Position numbers and translations under genes: made by a program
Notes under the pieces: model-generated
Database searches by the model: none
What the model saw: the letters and a program-made list of their open reading frames with translations, nothing else
Told to the model about the DNA's origin: nothing
Origin: Eledone cirrhosa
Taxonomy: Eukaryota
Length of the DNA stretch: 64,000 nucleotides
Reading direction: 5' to 3'
Assembly: GCA_964016885.1 (NCBI GenBank)
Contig: OZ024743.1
Coordinates: 114,018,001-114,082,000, forward strand
Shown: one piece after another, positions 1 to 12,659 of the stretch
Numbering within the stretch: the first letter of the stretch is position 1
Layout: the number at the start of each line of letters is the position of its first letter

Positions 1-234
1 GTAGATGATGGTTGTGATGGTGGTGTTGGTGGTCATATTGAATCTGTCCACCATGAAAGGCTTTGTCATATGAAAAGAAGTAAGCTCATCTGTCTAACAC
101 ATCTGGAGTATGGCAGAAATCCATACATGCCATACACAACAAATATCTGGGAGATCACACATGCTTCAATGTAAACAACTTGCCACCTTGTTTCAAATTT
201 ATTTAAACTAATAGCACAAAGTGGGGAATTCTGA

Positions 235-455
235 TGTATATGTGTAGGAGTCGGTGTGTCTGTGTGTATGTATGCATTAGTGTGTGTTGTGTATGCGTGT
301 AGATCTGTGTACATATATGTCTGTGTGTATGTCTATATAAGTCCCTGTGTCTATGCGTGCATATATCTATATGTGTGTATGTGCTTGTGCATGTGTGTAT
401 GTGTATGTGTGTCTCTATATATATGTCTGTGTGCAAGTGCCGTGTGTGTGTGTGT
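235..455. repeat. Compound (TG)/(TA) microsatellite
   Basis: Degenerate tgtgta/tgtgtc runs; source of the spurious C/V/Y/M and H/T/I ORFs. Confidence 0.9.
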
Positions 456-580
456 TTTCAATTCAATTATTTCAGATTATATTCATTGTCTCCAAACAAT
501 AACTTATTACAAAGAACAACCAGGAGATGTAACAATTAAATTAACAAAACATAATTAATATGTTACAATAACAAGATTAA

Positions 581-796
581 TTAACCCTTTCAGTGCCATA
601 TTTCTAATGAAAGGCATTGTCTATTATGTTCTAATATCCAAGATTTCAGAGGGATTTAGTATTATTTAGCTGCCATTTGGAACATAACTTTAACAAATTA
701 TGATAGGTTTTTCAATAGATATAAACATTTTAAAACAAACAGTTTTGTACATAGAACCAGGGGCAGTTTCAGGAAATTTGATATCAAAAGGCTTAA
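581..796 (+). mobile_element. TTAA-flanked MITE, family 2 (piggyBac-like non-autonomous)
   Basis: TTAA-CCCTTT...CCATATTTC start and GATATCAAAAGGC-TTAA end; related pieces near 2183-2500, 6440-6573, 6895-7050, 41240-41477, 57170-57418, 59894-60040, 60280-60464. Confidence 0.7.
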
Positions 797-1167
797 CACA
801 CTAAACTTTAGAGTGGTTGGTGCTAAACAAAATTATTTGTTTTGCCTCTTTACACATTCTGAGTTCAAATCCTACCAAATTCAACTTTGCCTTTCATCCT
901 TTTGGAATTGATAAAATAAAGTACTAATCCAGAAAGTTAGATTAGCAGACCTTGAGTTAGCATTCTTGAGTTCATCTGCAACACATGGGAGGAGAAAATT
1001 CCATGCATGTCTAACTGTTGGTGTTCCACAAAAACCTTACCTGAATTTGTGCTGTAGATGAATCAATGAAATATAGTACCTAGTGTGGTGGATTACCATA
1101 ATAATCTAACTAAATTAGGTATTGACAAGTAAATACATGCCAACGCATTTGTTATAAAGCCATATAA

Positions 1168-1778
1168 GATATACAACATGAATCCGTTCTGAATGTAGGA
1201 TACACAACATGTATCCTCTCTGAATGTAGGATACACAACATGTATCCTTTCTGAATGTAGGATACACAACATGTATCCTCTCTGAATGTAGGATACACAA
1301 CATGTATCCTCTCTGAATGTAGGATACACAACATGTATCCTTTCTGAATGTAGGATACACAACATGTATCCTCTCTGAATGTAGGATACACATGTATCCT
1401 TTCTGAATGTCGGATATACAACATGTATCCTTTCTGAATGTCGGATACACAACATGTATCCTTTCTGAATGTAGGATACACAACATGTATCCTCTCTGAA
1501 TGTAGGATACACAACATGTATCCTTTCTGAATGTCGGATATACAACATGTATCCTTTCTGAATGTAGGATATACAATATGTTTCCTTTCTGAATGTCGGA
1601 TATACAACATGTATCCTCTCTGAATGTAGGATACACAACATATATCCTTTCTGAATGTAGGATATACATGTATCCTCTCTGAATGTAGGATACACAACAT
1701 ATATCCTTTCTGAATGTAGGATATACAACACGTTTCCTTTCTGAATGTAGGATACACAACATATATCCTCTCTGAATG
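1168..1778. repeat. 31-bp minisatellite (TCTGAATGTAGGATACACAACATGTATCCTT), about 19-20 copies
   Basis: Direct tandem repetition; explains ORFs 1093-1836. Confidence 0.95.
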
Positions 1779-1844
1779 ACAGTGCTTTGAAGGTTTGGGA
1801 CTTCTTGATAATTCTCCATGACATTAACATTATCATATTTCTAA

Positions 1845-2045
1845 TGGCGGTAGATTGGCTGTATCAGTAGAACATCAGACACCTCTTCTTTGCAGTCTAG
1901 AGTTCAAATCCCACCGAAGTTAGCTTTGCCTTTTATCCTTACAGAGTCGATAAAATAAAGCACCAGTAACGCACTGGGGTTAATCTAATCGACTTTTCCC
2001 TCCTCTTCAAATTGCTGGCATTGTGCCTATAGTAGAAACAATTAT
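1845..2045 (+). mobile_element. SINE family A
   Basis: GGCGGT..ATTGGC..GAGTTCAAATCCC (B-box-like)..CTTTGCCTTT(C/T)ATCCTTAC..GTCGATAAAATAAAG(T/C)ACCAGT..TTGCTGGC..AGTAGAAACAATTAT; many copies of this consensus across the window. Confidence 0.85.
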
Positions 2046-2514
2046 ATTTCTAATGAAAGAAACTGCCTATGATCTTGAAAATAATTAGTAATATAACTTT
2101 TTCATTATTAGCTGGGGCTTTGAACATAAAGGTTCTTACAGAGAAGTATGATGAAAGGTTTTTAGAAAAAATATAAACACTTTAATCCTTTTGTTACCAT
2201 ATTTTTAATAAAGGTGACAGCCTATTATTTTCAAATAATTTGAAAAATAATCAAGAATTTGGAGAAGTTTAGTAATATAACTAACTTTCTCATTATTAGC
2301 TGGTGCATGGAACATAACTTAAAATTACCTGGTATTTGGAACATAATTTAACAAGGTAAAATTAAGGTTGTTACCATAATACTAATGAAATAATTATGAA
2401 AATAATCAGAAATTTGGAGGGATTTGATATGTTTTTCATTATCAATAATTAAACAAAGGTTCTTGCATAAAAGTTATGAGAGTTTTTAGATAAATATAAA
2501 AATTTTTTGGATGA

Positions 2515-2757
2515 TTTGAAATAAAAATGTTGAAATTCAAACACATATTCGCTACAATGATTGTAGCATTAAAAAATCGGGTAAATACCCTTAAGGATAG
2601 AAAATAAGTAAGCAGCAGCCACTACAGAAATTCAAACTCAGTATCTCTTGAATTCCGGCCAATTATTTTTAATCCCTACAGGGATTTTACTCACTTTTCT
2701 GAAGCTATGATCATTGTAGCAAATCTGTGTTGGATTTCAACATTTCTAATTCTAAAT
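2515..2757. repeat. Imperfect inverted repeat (~90 bp arms) with tRNA-SINE-like spacer
   Basis: AAATGTTGAAATTCAAACACATATTCGCTACAATGAT versus ATCATTGTAGCAAATCTGTGTTGGATTTCAACATTT; spacer resembles 23970-24015. Confidence 0.75.
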
Positions 2758-3560
2758 AGTTTTTTGGTTTTTTTTTATCATAGAACCATTATAAGCCATC
2801 CAACCCAGCATGGAAAGCAGATGTAATATGATGATGATGATATAATATACAATATAAGTGACCCTGTGCCAACAAACAATGACAAATGTAGGACTTGTAA
2901 TTCAAGTTTACATATACAATGTACACACATTTCCTTGCAATTAATACATATTAAGTACTTTATGCTTTTGTCCAAAAAATATAGCAACAAAAAACTGACA
3001 CACACAGAAACACACTTATGTTTATAAACATATTTTTGTATTTCATATAAATAAATATATTTATAAATACTTTAAACAAGATATCACATACTAAAGAGAC
3101 ATATTTTGAAGAATTAAAATTATGGAGGCTTCCTATGAAAATACATACAAATATACATACCTATGTACATTCATACACACATATATACACACGTATATAT
3201 ATATATACATACATGATGGCTCCCCTCTCATTATCGAGTATGGCCATTGCACAATATAACATTATTAATAATTATCAATTAATGCTATCATACAATGCCT
3301 GTGTGTGAAGATTATTTTTAAAGTGAGGAAAGACTGCAGTGAGCAAATTCCACTCTATGAGCCGACAGTAGCTATAACCCGAAAAGAAGAAAGATTCAAT
3401 ATCGTCAGTAACTACTGAGCCACATGTTTTATGTCAGAGTTATCCCAGTTTCCTGAGTTGCCTTCTCCTAGAAGAAGCCCTGACAAAAGCTAGGGGTCTT
3501 TCACTCCCAATGGTTTAACCACGCAATCGGGTATCCAGCCGATTATTTCTATGTCCCTGC

Positions 3561-3960
<400 letters not shown>

Positions 3961-3984
3961 TTATTTATTAAAATAACAGATTAA

Positions 3985-4035
3985 ATTTTAAGCAAAGAAT
4001 CGCTGCTTTCACCCTTAATGGGATCTTCTGAAACT
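3985..4035 (-). ncRNA. Hammerhead-like motif, family H1 (Penelope pLTR-like)
   Basis: Minus strand AGTTT CAGAAGA TCCC attaa GGGT GAAA GCA..TGC TT; homologous to 18104-18153 and 38103-38153. Confidence 0.5.
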
Positions 4036-4109
4036 AAAAAAGAATCAATCTGTGAACACAGAAGTAAATATTTCGAAAAACGTTGCAACAGAACAAAGAC
4101 AGGAAGACG

Positions 4110-5639
4110 AAACATAAGTAATACACATATAAAGTTTGAAAAAAAATCGGTTGAGTTTTAGGGATTCAAACTCACAGACACAGACACTCACAGACACAGA
4201 CACAGACACAGACAGACAGACATCCTCAATTTTATATATATAGACTAGCAGAAAACCACCCGGGGGTGGTTTTCTGCTAGTCTATATATCTAAAACAGAG
4301 AATGTCTGTCTGTCTGTCAGCTCACTAAAACTTGAGAACCATCCAACCGATTGTTTTCAAACTTTAGACATGTAATACTTATGGTCCTGTAAGTGTTTTG
4401 AGCAAAAATTATTTCAAATTTTCAATGCTCTAGGGACCGCATTAGGCGATTTAGCGTTCTCTCTATATAATTCTTAGTCTTTCTTTTTAGATAGATACAT
4501 AGATATAACGTTGCGCCCTTATAATATCTGTCTGTATGTCTGGCTGTCTGCATTACGTCATTATGACGCGCTCAGCGCGATTCCCTCGGCCTCAGTGACC
4601 AAAGTCAGTGGAGAGGGGAATGTAATGTTTCTGTAGCACGTGTTTTAGCGTCTATTCACTCTCTCTCTCCCTCCCGCTATCCCCCTCTCGTAGTCTGTCG
4701 ATTTCTTTCATTCTCTACGCACGTGTTTCCACTGTCGGACAGACAGACAGAGAAATTGCTGGTTATATATATAAGTAGATATCTAAAACAGAGAATGTTT
4801 GTCTGTCTGTCTGTCTCCCTAAAACTCGAGAACCACCCAACCGATTTTTTTCAAACATTACACATCTAATACTTCTGGTCGTGTGAGTGTTTTGAGTAAA
4901 AAATATTTCAAATTTTCAATGCCCTAAGGACCGCATTAGGCGAAAAACCGCATATTTTAGGCTTTAAAGGCTTTTTTTAGGCATAACACAACAATAATCC
5001 AGGCAATTTCTTCAAAAGTTGCATTACTTATGTTGTTTAAAGTGTTTTGAGCAAAAAAGATTTTCTCATTTTTTGCCCCAAGGACCACATTAGGAGAAAA
5101 ACCGATTTTTTTAAGCATTTTGGTTGTGTTAGGGCCTGTAACTTGAGAAGTACCCAACCAATTTTTTTAAAACTTTGCATATACATTACTTATGTTTCAC
5201 AAATTTTCTTGACTGAAAAAGATTTCAAATTTTTGCCTGGGAACCACATTGTTTAGCATTTTGGTTGCATTAGGGCCTGTAACCTTAAAAGTATCCAACT
5301 AAATTCCTTCATGCTCTCCACCACTGCAGTCCCACATGCTTACTGCTCTGTAACTATTGCTTTCATTGTACCATGGCACAACAAATACATATTCGGTTTG
5401 TCGGATACCTTTTTACTTAACCCTATCATCTTGGCTTTCGTGGGTTGAACATTTTACTCTCAGGCACCCAATTAAGTTAAACCCGTGGTAATCTACGACT
5501 AATTTTTTTTATAAGCACAAAATGTAGACACCATCCCCAGGCCAAGGTATTCCGTACTTCTCTGTACTGTTTCAGAAAGGAGAGTTAAACATGCCATTCT
5601 ATGTTTAGAATCCCGAGCAACGCTGGGCCATTCTGCTAG
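4110..5639. mobile_element. Composite of non-autonomous Helitron-like elements
   Basis: 5' ends TCTATATAT..AAAA..(TGTC)n at 4244(-), 4281(+) and a head-to-head pair at ~4779(-)/4782(+); 3' end CCCGAGCAACGCTGGG-CCATTCTG-CTAG|T at 5612-5640. Confidence 0.75.
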
Positions 5640-5899
5640 TAATATATATATAATATATAATATCATCATCACTGTTTAACGTCCACTTTTCCACACTGGC
5701 ATGGGTTAGACAAATTAATAAATGTGACTGAGGTCTCATCACAAAAAGACAGATTCCTTCTGGAGAAGAATATGGAGTGAGGAAAAAAAGTTCAATCAAG
5801 GTATCATGTGGTTGAAAGAGATCCGATCACACTAGTGCAACTGCATTACACAAAAACCATACAGCATCAATAATGATACTCTTGAGACTGATAGGAAAA

Positions 5900-6420
5900 C
5901 TTCAAGGTAAGAAAACACCAGGTAGAAAAAACTGACTTTCTATTGGGTGTATCTTAACCTCTAACAGCAAGCTCTCAAGGGAAATGCACATATACCAAGC
6001 TGGTTGACATTATCAGAAAAAAAACTGGTCCCCCAAAACAAAGAAACTCACTTGGCAAATATCTACCAACTTATTGCATGCCAGAACCTAATGTATAAAA
6101 CGTATACAGACTGTCTGTATCAATTCCTCCAGGATCACTGTGACAAGTACAATGTCACAGATGAGCAAGCAGCTGGAAAGAAAGAGTTTAAGGGTGTGCT
6201 GAGCAACTCCTAATTAACAAAACTGCAATGTCAGAGCATGTGTGGTAGCATACAAGGAACTTGGTTACAGTCTGGCTGAACTACAAGAAAGCATTCAATT
6301 CTGTTCCCCACTTATGGAAGTTAGAGGCCCTTCGACTTGCTAAAGTCCCAAATAGCATTTATCAGAACCATAGAAAGTCTACCTTCTTGAGCCACAATCA
6401 TGAAGTAAAATACAGAGAAA
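5900..6420 (+). pseudogene. Decayed non-LTR retrotransposon RT fragment, R4/Dong-like
   Basis: Frameshifted translation IPSWLT..LVPQ..IACQNLMYKTY..EQAAGKK..EQLLINK..NLVTVWLNYKKAFNSVPHLW matches the R4-clade RT pattern (PxWLT..LLPK..YRPITCL..EQKG..QLLIDK..WIDYKKAFDSVPH). Confidence 0.8.
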
Positions 6421-7053
6421 GAGAATAATATTGTGTCTTTTAAACATAACTTAACAAAGGTTTTTACATAGAATTATGATGGTTTTTAGATAAATGTAAA
6501 CACTTTAAAACAAACAGCTTTGTATTATAGAACCAGGGATGGTTTCAGGTAGTTTGGTATTGAATGGGTTAAGACATTTCTAAATAACACTTTATTTAGT
6601 TGCTCTCTTTTTCCCCCTCTCACTGATGCATGTATGCACATATGTATTAGTTCCATCAGTGCACAGCAGAATATTTTTTAATGAAGTAGATCTCTTTCTC
6701 TGTGTCTACAAGTCAAGCTATATTTAGCAAACATACACTGCACTACACAGCTGAGTTCTGTTCTAGGGTGGTTTCTATACTCACAAAGGTCAGCCTTGGT
6801 TAAGCAAATCCTATGATGAAAGGCATTCAAGCTGTGATTATCCTGCCTTTTCATATATCTCTGACTATTTTATCCAACATATCTTTTCTTTGTTAACAAT
6901 TTTGTTACCATATTTCTAAAATAGGACACTGCCTATTATCTTCAAATTGTTTTGAAAATCATAAAAACTTAACTTTCATTATTAAGATGATGTTTAGAAT
7001 ATAGGTTCTTACATAAAATTATGAAGGAAGGTTTTTAAATAAATATATACATT

Positions 7054-7268
7054 TTAACCCTTTAGCATTCACATTACTCTATATGTACTATTATATTTTC
7101 ATGGTAAATGCTTTATCTCACATAATATCAAATCTATGAGATTTTGAAAGTATTTATTTTGAGAACAATACCTTAACATCAGTTTGAGTGACCAGTTACA
7201 GCCAGTTTCAACAGTAAAAGGTAGAGAATTCTGGCCGGTTTTGGCCGGTTTGAACATTAAAGGGTTAA
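7054..7268 (+). mobile_element. TTAA-flanked MITE, family 1 (piggyBac-like)
   Basis: TTAA-CCCTTTAGCATT ... TAAAGGG-TTAA terminal inverted repeats, ~210 bp. Confidence 0.85.
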
Positions 7269-8011
7269 CCTTTCCGTTACCATATTTCCAATTAAAAATT
7301 TATTTTAAAAAAGCGTGTGCATGCACACACACACACACATGTATACACACTAAAATTGTATAATTAGAGGCTGGGAAGATAACATTAAGCTAAAGATGGG
7401 AAACAGATACATAAACAAAGGTGTAATCGGTGAAATGGTCATATTGAATGGAGGATAGTGATAGTGAAGATGAGGATGATGGTGGTGAGATGAAGAGGAG
7501 TCTATAATGTTGATGACAATGATGCCGATGGTGAGTGATGGTGGTGGCGACAAGGAAGAAAAAGCTATCATTATAGTGATGGTGATGGTGATGGTGATAG
7601 TGCTGATGATGAAGAGGTATGGAAGGCAGAAGAGGTATGGGAGGTTATCCTGCTAATGATGATGATAATGGTTTCCATTAATTCAGTGTTAGTCTTTCAA
7701 TGGAAGTCTAGATGTCGGTGACCGCCATATCTGTCAGTTAACCAGCTATACAGAGTGGAATATAGTAATAATACTAATTACTATATAAACTGTATAACTG
7801 GAATAAAAGGTTTACTAAACTAAATTGCTCTTCATTCATTACACCATTGCAATCACATGCTACAAATGGGTTCAAACCCCACCCCATCTCCATCCCACCC
7901 CTCAACCACACAAAACAAAAAAAAAAGCATCATGTGATGATGACATATTTGGTTTGTGTGTTTTGTAATTTTATGTTTTGAATTATAAGCTACAGAGCTT
8001 AGAGGTTAGGG

Positions 8012-8157
8012 CAGTTATGGACAAACTACAGCCCGTGAGCTACATGAAACCCATTTGGCTTCTAAATGACACACCTAATTTCAAAATTGCCTTGAATTTG
8101 TTTGTAGTGCAGTCCACCTTATGATGAGCCCTGCTCAAAAAGGTTTGTCCATGTCTG
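8012..8157. mobile_element. Old hAT/Charlie-like MITE
   Basis: TIR CAGTTATGGACAAAC / GTTTGTCCATGTCTG; flanks ggttaggg / tgttagtg form a 6/8 matching 8-bp TSD with central TA. Confidence 0.55.
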
Positions 8158-11100
8158 TGTTAGTGTGTTCAGCACATGATGGCAATGTTGCTAATTCACA
8201 TCCTGGCAGTGGTTTCTGTCATTTGATAAATATAGACATAGGCATACAGAGACACAGATATAGACACACAGAGATACACAGAGAAACGCAAAGATAGATA
8301 CAGATAGTGAAATATAGATACAAACTCTGTGACTATATTCTTTGTAACTCTGTAAAGTGGTTGTTGATAACCTCCCTAGTGTTGGTCGATGATAAAAAAA
8401 TTCACCCAGTGCTCCCTGTAGTGTGATGTAATTCATGTAAGATGTGGTCCACGGCTTGTCTGAGAAGTCAGTATATTTAATTAGGGACTGACTTGGTCAG
8501 TAAAAACTCGTCCAAACCTTGCTAATAGGAAAAACTTGCATATGATGATGATGATGACACAAAAACTCACAGACACACATTAATACACATACAATCACAC
8601 ACACAAACTGAAGAACTCTAATATAAATATTTCTTCTCTTTTAAAAAGGAGGCAATTATTTAAATAAGCCTTTTTCCCCCAGCAATGATTAGAGTTGTGG
8701 CCCAGTAGTTTATATCCTGCCACTGATATTATATTGGGTCCATGGACAAGTCCCTTAACTGTTAATGGCTCAGTCCAGGTAATTGTATGTAGGTACTACA
8801 GACACTATGATACCATACACCTGTCCAACCATAGCTAGCAGAAATAACAGCTGTTAAATTATGAGATTTCTACAGCTCACTAATGTATCATTTTCCATTC
8901 TGGCAGGAGTTGGATGGGACTTAATGAAGTAATGTTTTACAGTCAGATGAATGCCGTTCGTGACATCAATCCACTTTATTACTTCTTATAACATGGGCAT
9001 CAATCCACTTTATTACTATAACATGTAAGGATAGAGTGTACTTAATGTAAACCAGATATAGTTTGTCTGTAAAAGGCAAAACTGACATATGATTTGTGGT
9101 TGTTATTATACCCTCACAATGTCAATAATGACTGATCAAAGACATTCCAGCCACGACCATGTCTAAAAATATGTTATCCTATGCCCCTTCCCTTTTTTGT
9201 TTCTGGTTTAAAGACTGTAGAGTCTCATTTGACAGTTTCATCTATTGTTTCTAAAAGTTTGATAGACCATGTGCAGATTCTGTTGTCTTGCAGTGCTATC
9301 CATTACCTTATGTTCACTTTCCCATGATGCATTCCAAGATCTATTCTCTGATGCCTCCATAATCTAACAACTCTGAAAATCTCCATCACTATTTATAATT
9401 CAAATTTAAGAGGAAAAAATTAAATTTACAGTTGTTGCCGATGCAGATTTAGCTGGCCTCCTACAAGGTTACATCTCACAAGTGGTTTCTTGGGTGTTCC
9501 AATGATAGAGGCCTCAGTTTTATCATAAAAAGCAATGTGAAATGAAGAGCCTTGCTCACAAATACAGTGTCTTACCTGAGCAGAGAATTGAACCCATAAC
9601 TTTATGAGTGTGAATCTAACACTTTAACCAAGTTTTAGAACATTTCTTTTAACGATAAAGTTGATAAATACTCAGAAATTATAGAAATAGAATGTTTACT
9701 GAATGGTGGACAAAGCCAAATATAGAAATAAGTGTCACTAACAAGACAGTCTATATTAGTAGATAGACATTGATTGGTTTACTTCATTACAATCTATTTA
9801 TACATATTGTTAATTAGAAAAAAAGCTAGTTCAAGAATCTGCTTTACATAGAAACAAATGATTGGGGGGGAGGGAGCTTGAAGAATGGTTCTTTAATAGA
9901 ATTTCAAATCAATATTCTTTTCGTGTTTTAAACACAAAAACCAAAAATAAAAAAGTGAAGGAAAATTTTATTCATTATAGAAACATTAATATAAAGACAT
10001 TTTAACTGCGAAAATAACTTGGGCTATGACTGGGGAAATGTTTCTTCTAACTACAACATTATGTCGTTGCAATTCACTAATAGCTCACTGCCACAGCCCA
10101 GTGGTCTGTAGCAATGGATGTCAACACAGACCATTGGAATCAGTTCCAGTCGAAGGTTTAATGTAGCTATTTACAGAAAAATAAAAGAAACAAAGGCAAA
10201 TAACTAACTAACTAACTAAATAAAAGAGACCAGATTAGATGATAATTTGAAAACAAATAGTAGTGAAAACAAGCAACTGAAATGAATCAGTTAAGAGGAA
10301 GTAGGTGAAGAAAAGACCACTGAAGCATTCATTACTGCTGATGCCAATGAAATATTATTGCTGTCTTAGGAAATAGATTGGAAGCATGCAAAATTTTTAA
10401 CCATTTTCATAGCAATCTGCCTGAGACTATATCTCATGCCTCTTGTAATCACATTCTCTAATATCTTGAGATGATGAGGAATTCAAAGTCAGAGAATATA
10501 TATTTGACAGAATGATTGCTGTAAAAAGTTCAGCAGCATATATTTATTTTAGTACTGAATTCAAAGCCAGTGAAAATATATTTAACAGAACGGTTGCTGA
10601 AAGTTATCATCATCACTGTTTATCATCATTACAGTTTAATGTCAATTTTCTATGCTTGCATGGGTTAGATAGGCAGCCATGTTATGATATTTAAGCTAGA
10701 TCATGTCAGGTGACCATTTCCTGCTTATAGAATCTGTTTTGAGTTGGGTTTCTATGACTGGACGCCATTTCTAATGTCAACCATTTCACGGCATGGAATG
10801 GGTGCGTTTTATCAGGGTTTCAGAATAACCACGCAAGAGGGTGGATTGGATATTTATTTGTTGTGTCACCAACATGACTGCATTATAGGGTGGACTGGGT
10901 GCTTTTGTTGTGGCACCAGCACTATCACTGTCACTGTCACTGTACAGGGTGGAATTTATTTTAGTACTGAATTCAAATCCAGGAAACAGACATTTGACAG
11001 ACTCATTGCTTGAAGAAGTTAGGCTTTATATATTTATTTTTGTACTGAATTCAAATCCATTATTGAACCCAAAACAGTATCAATAAACAACTGCTATGTA

Positions 11101-11282
11101 CCTTGCTTTAAAACCCCTACTAGAAAACAATTATCCAAAAAGGGAGTCTTTAGAATGTTGTTCAGTCTGCTAGAATTAGCAGCCAAATCATTCTAAAAGC
11201 AGACACTACTGTTTTAATATAAATATAGAATACATTAGTTCATGTAGTCTTAGATACACTACCAGATACCTAAATACACTGT

Positions 11283-11600
11283 GAAGGTGTGTGGCTTAAT
11301 GGTTAGAAGTGTTGAGTTCACAATCGTACGGTTGTGAGTTTGAATCCTGAACCAGGTTGTGCATTGTGTTCTTGAGCAAAACTCTTTATTTCATGTTGCT
11401 ACAGTTCACTCAGCTGTAGAAACGAGAGTTGCAATGTCACTGGTGCCAAGCTGTATCAGCCATTGCCTTTCCCTTAGACAACATCGGTGGCGTGGAGAGG
11501 GGAGACTGGAATGCATGGGTGATTGCTGGTCTTCCACAAATACACCTTGCCCAGGCTTCCTTGGAAAGGAACTTTCTAGGTACAAAACCATGGTCATGAC
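11283..11600 (+). mobile_element. tRNA-derived SINE family B
   Basis: TGGCTTAATGGTTAG (A box)..GAGTTTGAATCC (B box)..CTTGAGCAA..TTTATTTCA..CTCAGCTGTAGAAA; related copies at 20612(-), 23194(+), 24200(+), 55698(+). Confidence 0.8.
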
Positions 11601-12659
11601 CAAAGGAGGCCTACAATGAGATACATTATCACTTGTTGTTGGTGCCAAGCTGATCAACTATTGCCTTTCTCTTGGGCAATATCAGTAGCATGGAGAGGGA
11701 AAACATATATATTGAAAACTGCTAGTTTTCCACAAAATATTCTTATTCAAGCCTATACCTTTTCGGAGAATGTTTCGAAATTCAGATCCATGGTTTCACA
11801 TGACATATGGAGGAACATGGTAGATTTTAAAAAAAAGTATGGTCACAGTTGGAATGATTTTGATTAAAGATATGATAGAATAGGGCTGACTTATGGTTAC
11901 ATAAACTCTAACAGCAATATAGACCTTTACTATGCATAAGCTTAGATTCTTTAAAACAACTTATTTTAACCATTTTATTACCATATTTTTAATGAAAGAC
12001 ACTGCTTATGTGTTTCAATTAATTAAACATTTGAAAGAATTTAATAAAATAACTCTTTCATTAGTAAGCTAATATTTCAAATGTTGCATAATAAAAATTT
12101 CTGAAATATAATTATGAAGTACAAACATTACGTAATGAGCAGTTCTGTATTGTATACCCATGTCAATTTCAGTCACTTTGATTTGAGGGGGTGAAGGGAT
12201 AGTGTGAGGGGTGGGGGTGAGGCGGTGAGAGAGATGTCTTTCAACAGTAACTAGGAATGAAATTATGAAACAATTTCAATTGAGGACTTGGAATTTCCCA
12301 TATTCTCACAAATCACCAGAGAATAACTGTTCACATCGAAATAAACAACGCCCTTCCCACATTCAACCCCTGCCATCTCCTGTCACCACTAACGCCATCA
12401 TCACCCGCCGCCACCACCACCACCACTGCTGCTGCCATAACCACCCTCACTACCACCAACTACTACAATCATCACACCAACACCACCACTACCATCATCA
12501 CACCAACACCACCATTGCAACAACCAACAATACTGCAACTACCAACAACAACAATAACACTACAACCTCTTCCACCAATAATCCCTAATACCACCATCAT
12601 CAAAAATATCACCACCAATACTAACCACAAATACCACTACCAACACTGCAACCACCACC

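Noticed and set aside
1-233. Open frames on both strands at the window start
   Set aside because: No recognisable motif or convincing splice signals; cannot be supported from the window alone.
980-1060. Possible minus-strand splice donor (CAG|GTAAGG) near 1040
   Set aside because: The sequence matches the decayed 3' part of SINE family B.
1168-1778. CRISPR-like array of palindromic ~31-bp repeats
   Set aside because: Units are contiguous with no unique spacers, there are no cas genes, and the context is eukaryotic.
10078-10140. Small hairpin CCAGTGGTCTGT/ACAGACCATTGG as a pre-miRNA
   Set aside because: Stem of about 12 bp is too short for a miRNA precursor.
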